From Podarcis erhardii (lineage: Eukaryota): DNA of 64,000 bases. Below are positions 15,590-26,185 of the stretch, piece by piece. The DNA lies in assembly GCA_964252035.1 (NCBI GenBank), contig OZ176201.1; one strand, 5' to 3'. Position 1 is the first letter of the stretch. Each line of letters begins with the position of its first letter. The notes under the pieces were generated by a model that did no database searches, was not told the DNA's origin, and saw only the letters and a list, made by a program, of their open reading frames with translations. A program made the translations under genes and the position numbers.

Positions 15590-15798
15590 CAGTGGTACCT
15601 CGGGTTACATATGCTTCAGGTTACAGACTCTGCTAACCCAGAAATAGTGCTTCAGGTTAAGAACTTTGCTTCAGGATGAGAACAGAAATTGTGCTCCGGC
15701 GGCGCGGCAGCAGCAGGAGGCCCCATTAGCTAAAGTGGTGCTTCAGGTTAAGAACGGACCTCCGGAACAAATTAAGTACTTAACCCGAGGTACCACTG
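15590..15798. mobile_element. Tc1/mariner (Tigger/pogo-like) MITE, 209 bp
   Basis: Perfect 18-bp TIR CAGTGGTACCTCGGGTTA; TA target duplication on both sides; internal repeats of gcttcaggtta. Confidence 0.9.
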
Positions 15799-18292
15799 TA
15801 ATGCAATCAAACTCAGCTTTAAGTAAAATGGGTTGTGATGGTGTCTTTTAGCATTGGATCATACTTTCAGCCAACATTGAGATAAAGTAGAAGAAGCACT
15901 TTCCTTCTACCATACAGATGCAATAGCTCTGTATTTTGACTACGTAAGGATTGCACACTTGGAGAATGGTTTGCTCTGAGCTGCACTCAGACCTAGTTCA
16001 TATGATTCTTCCCTTGCTTTTTCAAGGAGGAGTATCACACAATTTGCAGTTTGCCCAAGGGGTTGGTTCACTGCACACTATCTGTACTGGGGAGGGAAGG
16101 TCCTCAGGCTACTATTCCCACCACACTTTCACCTCACACATGTGTGAACTGGGGCTTCCTTATACAGTAGCATAGGTTCTAGTGATATCTTTTGGGAGGG
16201 GTGTAGGATTGAAAGCTAACGTTGGTGTACAGATTAGAAGAGCACTTCTTTCTGTTCCATCATTCCAATCCTTAAATTTCTTTGTAGTCTTATGCTCACT
16301 CACTATCCTAATAAAAAAAATTCGTGAAAATGTATTGGTCCAGCACTGAATTATGTAAGCATGAAAAATAGACTGGTCTGTTTTCAGAAAACAAAGTGAC
16401 TACTTTAAACCTAGCTGATTTGTTTATAGTGCTGCTCAAGTCACTAATTCTGGGCAGAGGAGATGGAACATCTGCAACTCACATTGGTTAGGATCTGGGA
16501 AAGCTAATTGCCTCCAATTTGGTTAAAATACAGTGTCAATTACATTTTCAAACAACAGCTTCTATACTCTCTGTTGACAGCAAAGCTGGGGTGCCATGCA
16601 TTGAGCTCTTTTCTTGCTTCGAAAAAAGTGAATTCACACAGCTATGTGATATTTTACCACAGCCAATATTTATTCCTTTGCAAATAAGTAGACTTGCTGG
16701 CAACTGAAGTAACATAGCTTGGAGTAGAAATGCCATCTCGAGGCTCCAAGGGACAGTTTGCTTCTCCAAACCTTTTCATTCAGATTGGATCACTTAAAAA
16801 AAAAATCAAGGTTATTTAAATGATTGTGTGGGGTTTTTTTTTTTAAGATTCTAGGTTTTTGATGAATGTATTTCCTGAAAAACATGCATACTGATAGGTT
16901 GCTGAAACACAGGTTAACTATTTGTACAATAACCAATATAATACATAATGATTTATTTATAATACTTTATGTCAGAAATCTGATTTAAGAGATTTGAGTG
17001 TTGAGTTTAGTATCCTTTGTTAAATTAATAATTTTTCTCTAGCCAGATTATTTTTAAGATGCTATATCATTAGTATACTAGACAATTTTTAAACATGCCT
17101 GCTAAACATGTCTATACATTAGACATTCCTTATCTCAGCACAGCAGACGAATGACTGGGAAGGAGTAAAGCTACCACAATATCCTCTTTGGTAGTCTGCA
17201 CATGTGCTATTTCATGCTAAGTCATATTTGGCTTATTGTTATGTGCCATCCATGAATTGTCTGCTAGTTAACAGAAATGCACCATTGTGTTGGGATATTC
17301 GGCCTACTGTCCATGCTCCATCTCTCTCGAACAATCAAGATCAATCAAGACCACCTTCGAGTTATTACTGATGAGTCTGGATTGCCATGTAGACAAAAAG
17401 AGATATTAGCAGCTCAAGAGTGCTTCTTTTCTAAGCCTGTGCACATCAAAGACAACTCTGCCTTTTCAGACAATTGGTTGTTAAATCCTTTTATCAGGAG
17501 ATAAAATATTATGATGACCGTCAAAATTCCTTACTTAAGTGCTTTTAAGCATGGAGCCATTTATTACATCCCTATGGAGTTTTAGGAGCTCCACTTTACC
17601 ACTTGGTAGAACTAGCCCCTTTCTCAGCTAGAAGGATGTATGCAATTATCAATATCTTTGTTGCATGTTTGTACTATTTCGGGAGTTTACAACCCAGCTT
17701 AAATTTTTTAGCAAAAGCAGACGTAGTTATTTAGAGATAGTTATGTAGACATAGTTTAGAGGGATATTCTTCTGAATTTCCTCATTATCCCTGCCCCCTC
17801 CCCACCACCCAAGCAGTTTTCAAAATTATATATTCACACACTACTTTCAGGTATTCCACAGGCTGCCTATGACATTTTTTTCCTGCAGTGTAAGGTCTGA
17901 TTGAACTCTAACCCAAAATATATTCCAAAATATTTTTTTCATGTGGTTATGAATATTTGCAGCCAGCATGAAGTAGTTGCTGGTAAAGTACAATGAAAGA
18001 AGGGGAACATTGTCCTAAAAGAGAAATCAAAGGGGGAAAGAGTTGCTTGAGATACTTTTTCTAGCTGTCCTCAATCTCTTATCAGTTTTATAAGTGTGTT
18101 TTACCTCTTCTGCATTTAATACATTAGTAACTCAAAAGTCCGTACAGATTACAACAATGGCAGATTTGGGGTTCTTACTATCGCCTGGTGGCTTGAAGCC
18201 AAATATTATAGCTGAGATGCTCAGTATTCTGCCAAGAACTTGCATAGAGGGCTTTCTGCTGCATCTTGCCCTTCTTGACCTGGCACCAACTA

Positions 18293-18636
18293 CAGTGGTG
18301 CCCCGCAAGACGAATGCCTTGCAAGACGAAAAACCCGCTAGACGAAAGGGTTTTCCGTTTTGGAGGTGCTTCGCAAAACGAATTTCCTATGGGCTTGCTT
18401 CGCAAGACGAACATGTCTTGCGAGTTTTTCCAACTTTTTTTTCCTCCCCCCCCCTTTTTCTAAGCTGCTAAGCTGCTTATCTGCTTATCCGCTAAGCCGA
18501 TAAGCCGCTAAAAGCCACTAAACCGCTAATAGCGCTAATCCGCTAAGCCGTCAATGGGCTTGCTTCGCAAGACGAAAAAACCACTAGACGAAGAGAATCG
18601 CGGAACGGATTCTTTTCGTCTTGCGAGGCACCACTG
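18293..18636. mobile_element. Tc1/mariner (Tigger/pogo-like) MITE, 344 bp
   Basis: 22-bp TIR CAGTGGTGCC(C/T)CGCAAGACGAA with one mismatch; TA flanks; many subterminal gcaagacgaa copies; 23-bp direct repeat at 18389-18411 and 18554-18576. Confidence 0.9.
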
Positions 18637-20442
18637 TACTATGTTGAGAAGATTAATACGACTCTAGATGTCCAAGAGCAGGCATACCCCTAATTTATTT
18701 ATTTCTAACGTAGAGAGAGAGTTAAATAATTCATGGGAAAGAGTTGACAGGATTTCTTATTTTTGTCCCTCCCTCCAAGGGCAGCACCATCTCTCAGGCT
18801 TTAGGCATGAGTGGCCGAGAGGAACTCCTTCTCCCAATGCCCTGGATTGATGGGAGGAAGCCTGAGTTCTCAATTAAAGCTGTAATTTAGTTTTGCATTT
18901 CAATTTTAAAACCAAACAGCCTCCAGTCTTTTTCATGAGTCATGAACCTTTTTGCATGAGCGAGTGAGGAAATAAGTGAATATGCATATTAGTATTTTTT
19001 CTTCCTCATGTAATGCCCACTTTGTTTGCTTAAATGAGTGCCCTTTTACTTCATTACACTGTTGGTTAATGTAATTCTGTGTCTTTGCGAGAACAGATCC
19101 CATCATCAGTTTTCCTGATTGTTCATAAGCGCTTGAAAGCCAGGGAAAGATGGTGACAAAAAGTGCGACACCAGCTTTCCTGCTTTTAAAGGCTGTAATT
19201 GATATTGCCTCTGTGTCCCCCATCAAGGAAGAAAAGGTAGCTTTAGCAATAAATCTGTAATCCTTGTGCTTATAGCTTTTTTCCTCCCTTTTAATTAGAA
19301 GATATATCTCATTAGACAAGAAGGAAATTTCTGATTAAAACCAGTAATTGAATGTAAAAACATTTTTCTCTATCTGTGTTTAAGCGTTTTGTAGGTGACA
19401 AGCACCACATACAGCTTCATTAAATGATTACATAATGTGCAATTTTACAACGGTTTTGATTTAAAGCTTTGGGTCTATTTGTTGAATGGCTGGTGGTCAC
19501 ACACAGATTGGCTGTTGATCTGTTGTAATTCTGACACTATGTGCCTATAACAAGAGTTAGTTTATGGGCTTCAGGTTTTTGTTTATTTTTCTTCAAAACA
19601 AACAAACAAAAAGTCTTCCACAAAACAGCTACTGGTATGAGGCATATTTCTTCCAGATTTAGTTTCACTTTTATTATTTTTATTACTAGATTATTCATCC
19701 CTTCTGAAAATACTAGTAAATGTGGTTTGCATTACTCCAGATGTAAATATAACTGCCTTAAAAGATGTGCTGAGCAAGTTGCTGTGTGCTTTCAGCACTG
19801 AGGAATTGCCAGGATTTGATTATTTGTGGTGACGCCTTAATTTGTTATGAATGCTGCCTTCATTGTAATTTTCAAGTTAGTCCAAACATTGTGGAGGCAA
19901 GCAGATACATCTGTGTGTGAAGACAGGCTAATGCCAACCTACCACATGGGAATTGTGGGAAAGTAAAGATGATGATGGCTAGGTTTGAACCATGTCATGG
20001 TTAGTGTTGCTCCACCTCTAGTTAATGACTCATTCTTTTGCTCAGAGTTAAGATCTCCCCATGCTTTTCTCTCGTGTTTGGTTGCTTCTTCCTGGTTCTT
20101 GGCATAAGTAGATGTATTGTATTATCAGTTTGTTGTACTGATTATGTTGTTTGTATTGGTTTGCAGATACTCTGAATGTCTTTTCAAAGCACATTGACTC
20201 AAGTGGATTTTGCTTTATTTTATTTTATTTTTCCCCATTGTGCACACATGTTCACACTACAACCACAAAGCTGAAAATAAATAAAGCCTTCTCCGTCAAA
20301 AGTTTTAACTTTACACAAACCCCACCCCGCACCCAGCATAAACTAATGTGACTTTGCATATATCACAGTACAGTCTCAATGTAAAGGGGAGAGAGCAACT
20401 TCAGATACACCAAAATATAAATGAAATAAAGAATACAGATGT

Positions 20443-20773
20443 CATAGAACCATAGAATCATAGAGTTGGAAGAGACCACAAGGGCCATTGAGTCCAACCC
20501 CCTGCCAAGCAGGAAACACCATCAGAGCACTCCTGACATATGGTTGTCAAGCCTCTGCTTAAAGACCTCCAAAGAAGGAGACTCCACCACACTCCTTGGC
20601 AGCAAATTCCACTGTCAAACAGCTCTTACTGTCAGGAAGTTCTTCCTAATGTTTAGGTGGAATCTTCTTTCTTGTAGTTTGGAACCATTGCTCCGTGTCC
20701 GCTTCTCTGGAGCAGCAGAAAACAACCTTTCTCCCTCCTCTATGTGACATCCTTTTATATATTTGAACATGGC
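20443..20773 (-). mobile_element. CR1 LINE 3' end
   Basis: Reverse (ATTCTATG)n tail at 20443-20463; the minus strand reads AMFKYIKGCHIEEGERLFSAAPEKRTRSNGSKLQERRFHLNIRKNFLTVRAV..., the CR1 ORF2 C-terminus. Confidence 0.93.
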
Positions 20774-21593
20774 TTCAGGCCCCACCAAACCTGCAAGTGT
20801 TTCAATATCTCAAATATAAGCATTTCCTATCTGAAAACCATGGAGGAAAAGCAGGAAAAACACACTGGACTTAAAATGTAAAACTCTAACCATGAAACTC
20901 TGCAGTTCAGGGAAACATTTCCCCCACTCAGCAGCACCAGAGATGACCTTCCAACCACATGGGTGATATAGTATTCCTCAAGACAGTAGGTTCAGGTATG
21001 TTAGATTCATGCACGCTGGGAACTTGTGGTGGCAGACTTGTGATAACACCACAGTAGTGCATCCACACGTGGTACTGGCACAAAGAGTTTCAGACTGAGT
21101 GCCTGCCAGCAGAACTTATCTCCAGGGGTCCAAGAGGCAGTTTTAATTTTTATAAAAGAAAGGATATAGGTGCCTACTGGAAGGGATTTTTATTTGATAG
21201 CAAAATGGCCATAGATGCCAGGTGTTTGTTCTTTTAAAAGGTAGTTGTATTCACTTGGTGGGATAATCAGTACCAGGCAATGCACAAGAGCCATTTGTGT
21301 TGTAAATTAATGAGTGGCAGAGTACCGCCCGGGTTGCATTTTGATATGGGAAAGATTACCCTAGCATATCCAAAAGTACTCTTATATTGATTTCTACCAA
21401 AGGTTGAGACTGGTAAGGTTCTCCCTCTCAGTCCATTCCACCTCCTTGTGGATGCCTACCTCCCTCTGAAATTTGAACAATTCTGTTACTTCAGGAAGTT
21501 ACAGATAGGTAGCCGTGTTGGTCTGCCATGGTCAAAACAAAATAAAAAAATTCCTTCCAGTAGCACCTTAAAGACCAACTGAGTTAGTTCTAG

Positions 21594-21631
21594 GTATGAG
21601 CTTTCGTGTGCATGCACACTTCTTCAGATAC
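21594..21631 (-). ncRNA. Mirror copy of the minimal hammerhead motif on the minus strand
   Basis: Exact reverse complement of 21645-21682 within the left arm of the inverted repeat. Confidence 0.65.
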
Positions 21632-21644
21632 ACAGTGTATCTGT

Positions 21645-21682
21645 GTATCTGAAGAAGTGTGCATGCACACGAAAGCTCATAC
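21645..21682 (+). ncRNA. Minimal type I hammerhead ribozyme motif (PLE-type), sense to COX10
   Basis: GTAT (stem I 5') - CTGAAGA - A - GTGTG catg CACAC (stem II) - GAAA - GCTC (self-complementary AGCT stem III, CUC cleavage triplet) - ATAC (stem I 3'). One extra A after the CUGANGA box. Confidence 0.7.
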
Positions 21683-23053
21683 CTAGAACTAACTCAGTTG
21701 GTCTTTAAGGTGCTACTGGAAGGAATTTTTTTATTTTGTTTTGACTTCAGGAAGTGTTTCTTTGTACTGTAGGCGAGTGTTCTATATGGCTTAGGTGGCA
21801 AAGACCCTGATGTTACTAACTGTAATTGTGCAAAATCGTAAAAGCCATAAATTTTGAAAATTAGTGGTCATTGTATATTTGCTTTAGGTCTTTAAATAGC
21901 CTTCCTTGGTCATGAGGACTGGTGACTTATAAAAAAAAGTTTAGATAATAAAATTCTGGAGTTGGATGTGTGGGTGAACATCTGCTCATAGATCAGGGCT
22001 TTCTCATCTCCCTCTTCCCAGTGTAGACCCCTGGGGGGACTTTAAAAATGTTATTGAGAATTAGAAGACCCTCCAGAGTGATGCTGAGTGTGGTAAGAAG
22101 TGGAAATAAGGGGGGAACCCCCATGGAAACGGACATGCTTTTCTCTCACAAATGCCTTTAGGTTCAAGTACTGAAACATACATACATCTGAAATAATACG
22201 ATAACTATATGACTTCTAAAAGTAAAGGCATCAGTTATCTGTAGAAATTACTGAAGTTTCACCATCCATGAACCTGCTGTGGAGAAGGTGTCCAGAGCTC
22301 TAGATCAACTGCATACCTCAAAGATGCAGGTCTTCGCTTTCAGTAGAGGTCACAATGGTACCTTGGGAAAAGTTGTTTCTAAAGATCTTGGAGCTTTCAA
22401 AACTTGTCCACAACACCACTCTGCAAGTGTGAACAGTACAGTGGTGTGGTAATTATGCCCATATATCCCCTACAGATGTACTTAATGTGGTTTAGCTTTG
22501 CTTACGTGAATGTAGCCGAAACTGTAGGAGGGACCCAGCCTTTCAAGTCTGAACAGCATTATATGAGACAATGTTGACAAGGGGAAATAGGCTTGTGAAG
22601 TCTGTTTGCATTTATAACTAATTGAAGGTTATATGCCTAACACTTCTGCCTCAGAAACCAATATGGGAATACATTGTTCAAATGAATCATCAAATTGAAA
22701 ACCTTTCCAGCATCATTAAGGCTTCTATCTTTCATTCATGTTCTGTCTTCACAACAACTTGTTTGGTGATTCTGCCTTTCCTAATCAGTGCAGTGTTGAC
22801 ATTTTAAAAAACGTGCTCACAATGACTCTTTTTATTACAATAAACTGTTTTGACAGTGTTGTACGCAGATGAAATTCCTGTCTTGGGGAGCATCCATCTC
22901 ACCTTTACTGTCATGCTCCCACTTACCTGTTGGTGCAGAACATAATGAAAGCAAAGTTAATTTAAAATTGTTCCCATTGTCAGCAGCAACAATGAAACTA
23001 TAGCTTTGGGGAGAAAAGTGTTTCATTGCTGGTGTACCTGCAACCGAAAAGTA

Positions 23054-23295
23054 CAGTGGTACCTCCGGGTGCGAACTTAATCCATTCCGGAGGTCCGTTC
23101 GTAACCAGAAACCGCTCGTAACATGAGGCACTCTTTCCCTAATGGTGCCTCCTGCTGCTACCACGCCGCCGGAGTGCAATTTCTGCTCGCATCCCAGGAC
23201 AAAGTTCGCAACGAGGGACATCTACTTCCGGGTTAGTGGAGCACGTAACCCAAAGAATTCGTAAGGGGTACAGCTCGCAACACGAGGTACCACTG
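23054..23295. mobile_element. Tc1/mariner (Tigger/pogo-like) MITE, 242 bp
   Basis: Left end TA-CAGTGGTACCTCC, right end CGAGGTACCACTG; the right TA is replaced by a (GGAA)n run. Confidence 0.82.
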
Positions 23296-23344
23296 GAAGG
23301 AAGGAAGGAAGGAAGGAAGGAAGGAAGGAAGGAAGGAAGGAAGG
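23295..23344. repeat. (GGAA)n microsatellite
   Basis: Direct reading; begins at the MITE right terminus. Confidence 0.97.
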
Positions 23345-26148
23345 CTGATTAAATGCAAATGTGTAGACTAGCATTGCCAGCTGGTTAAGGGCATTTGCCT
23401 GGTTGATGCCTATTTTGTCTCATTGCGGATAGCTGTCTCAATGCATGTGTTAAAGAGTATGCCATGGACTACTATAGAATATGAATACAGTCTCAGGGTT
23501 GTTGTCTTGCCTGTTGGGTAGGAGTCTAGATAAAGAACAGGTTTCTGTTTTGTTTTTTACTGTTGTTTTACCCTTATGCTCTTTCTTTTTAGTTTTTTTA
23601 AAAAAAATATTTTACAGACGCTGCCGTGGGAACTGGAAAAATGAGCTAAGACCATGTTAGATAAAATAAAATATTTATACGGGCATTTGTTAGCAAGATG
23701 GGGGAAATTCATCCGTAATGTACCGTCTGCTGCCACATATTAGAGTTTGGGTGATCTGTGTAGTTACCTGAAGCCTACGCAATTATGGCTTCCTGGACAT
23801 TTTACCTTTCAATCCTTTCCACACTTACCTGGGTGTAAGTCCCATCAAACTCATTGCAGCATTCTTCTGAGGAGACATTTGTGATGTTGTTGCTATCAGT
23901 TCTCGCAAGGTGGGGCAGAGTGCCTGATTTTCTAAAAGTGCTGTCCTTCACTTTGAGTTTACTTCAGTTTGGGATAAGCTGCCTTGAACATGTCTACAAT
24001 TAAGAGTCCATTTTGGAACAAGGTGGTGTGCAGCCAAGTTGCTATGTACGGTGCTTGATTCAACATACCATTTCTTCCATTTGGAGGCTCAGGGCTGTGC
24101 TGCCAAATGAAATAGCAGTGCTCAAGCACAAAGCTCTGGCATTTTGTCTCTCACAAATGGGCCCCTTATGCTGCTGGTGTTGTCACTCCTGTTCAGATGG
24201 AGGTATACATGTACCCATTAGTGAGATTCCATTATTTATTATAATAAAATAATAATCAAAATTCCATAATATTGGAAGGTTGAATTGCACAAGCATTTCC
24301 TTGAATGCACTTAAGAGTTCAACAACCGTGTGCGTGCATGCATGCTTACATCTCCATTTATGCAGCAGAGAAAGTGTAATAAGGGCTGAGAAGTTAATCA
24401 ATGCCTATTTTTAGGCTTAATTTATGGATGTCCAATCTGTAGCTCCCTCAACCTCCAATTCATTTCTTAATTATGTTTGTAAAGAACAGCGGAAGCCTGT
24501 TTTCACCAACTGTGTTGTCTGCCAGTTCCTATAGATCGATTTTTTCTTTCTTTCATGGCACAGTGAGAGCAGCTGAACAATACATTGTGATGGACCTGGA
24601 TAAATTCAGAAATAAGTCCATGATCATGTTGCTATTCAGCACTGGAAGACAGTATTTAGCTGTCTCAAAACAATAAAATATAAACACACTTTAACCAGTT
24701 CATTGTAACAAAAGCCCTTGATTCAAAGGATTTATAGTCTCACATGAATTAGGTGCCAAAAAATAGCCTCTGTGGTTTTGGTTTGGTTTTGTAATACCGA
24801 CTGCTGTCCACTGCCCAGGATGAGTAGAGTTCCATATGAATGCATAGCAATTGTGCAGGGCATGGATACTTGATTCTTACTCACAAGCGATTGCCTTCCC
24901 ACCAAAGCTATCGTTGAATGGTTCTTTCCCAGACTGACAGACAATTTTTGGGAAGCCCTGCTGTGTCAGTGGCAGCTTGATCTAAATGAGCAGGAAAGCA
25001 GCCTTTTTATTTCACTGTCCTGCAGTCCCTGTTGATGGCATGAGGTTAGAGGGGCTCTGCCCCAGCCAAACGCTATTAGAGACAAATGTCAGTGAGCTTT
25101 GGACGGAAAAAGCTCTCTGATTATTCACTCCATTCAGGCGTATCTTTCCCCAGTAAGCTTTTAGTCACTCCCACTGCCGGCAAGATGTAATCCTTGCAGA
25201 GCCAAGGGGGAGGCATGTTGCATATTCCTTAAGATTACATGGTGTACCAAATAATACACAGACAGTGGCTCTTCGCTATACAAAGGTCATTGGCTTCCTT
25301 GACACAGGTTGCTTCTCCTTCCTGCCATAATGTGATGGTGATTTAAATAATAGTAATAATAATAGGCAGCATCTTTTTAAACTAAACTGGCTGTGCAGAA
25401 GCAGAGGCCTAAGAAAATGGTTCCCATAGCTCAGTGGAGGAGCGAATTCCATTTTATTACCATTTTATTTTTGTACCCTGTCCTTCAGCAGGTTCCTATT
25501 ATGCCTTCCATGCATCATTTTCCACAGTCAGTTCTTGGTATATTGTGTTGAATAGGAGCTGAATGAGCAGGGCTGCGAAGGACCTTTACCCGAGACCTCA
25601 AAGATCCACTGCCAGCCCGAATAGACCAGTGGCATATGTTCATAATTTGACTTCTGGAATAGTGCCTCTTTGTTGTCCACTATGCAGGCAACAGAAAGCA
25701 GCTCTCAAGGTAGACACACTGGATACTGCTATGGCTTTGGGTATGTTCTATGTTCTAAAATGTGCAGCTGTTTGTCTGTGCTTCCTTTTTTGAAGTGCAG
25801 TTTAAAAAATGTAGGGTGGCATATGCTGCACTCTGGCTCATCTGTATGTAGCTTATGAAGGGCCCTGGCTTGGTAACTGTGAAAAGCAAGTGAAATAACC
25901 TGTTCTGTAAAGTAACAATATTCTCTGTCTTCAGCAGAAGTTGGTTGTGTGCCCTTGGTCACTCTTGAGGTGGTGGTTCAGAGCACTGCCAAAGACAAGG
26001 CAGCTGTGCAAATTTTCATCGAATTTACTTGTTTTGTGAATATGAGCTGGCTTTGACAGCCTTTTGCCTTACAGGGTGGTACATCAAGCACACCATGTAT
26101 ATCCTGTTCATACCTCATCAAAGTTCTCTCCTAACTCCCGATTACACC

Positions 26149-26149
<1 letters not shown>

Positions 26150-26183
<34 letters not shown>
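26150..26183. repeat. (CA)n microsatellite
   Basis: Direct reading. Confidence 0.95.

Positions 26184-26185
<2 letters not shown>

Larger units (their letters stand above)
21500..21745. mobile_element. Penelope-like element (PLE) pseudo-LTR fragment forming an inverted repeat
   Basis: Arms 21531-21635 and 21641-21745 are perfect reverse complements (105 bp, spacer TGTAT). Direct repeat TTCAGGAAGT at 21490-21499 and 21746-21755. The sequence resembles recalled reptile PLE termini (gtagccgtgttggtctg...aaggtgctactgga). Confidence 0.8.

Noticed and set aside
17368-17398. CTGATGA-GTCT...AGAC-AAAA, a hammerhead-like core
   Set aside because: GAAA is replaced by AAAA and no stem I or cleavage triplet can be formed; chance or fully decayed.
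25423-25445. tRNA-like start catagctcagtggaggagcg
   Set aside because: A-box fragment only, with no B box or cloverleaf. All tRNA-like sequences in the window are SINE heads, not tRNA genes.
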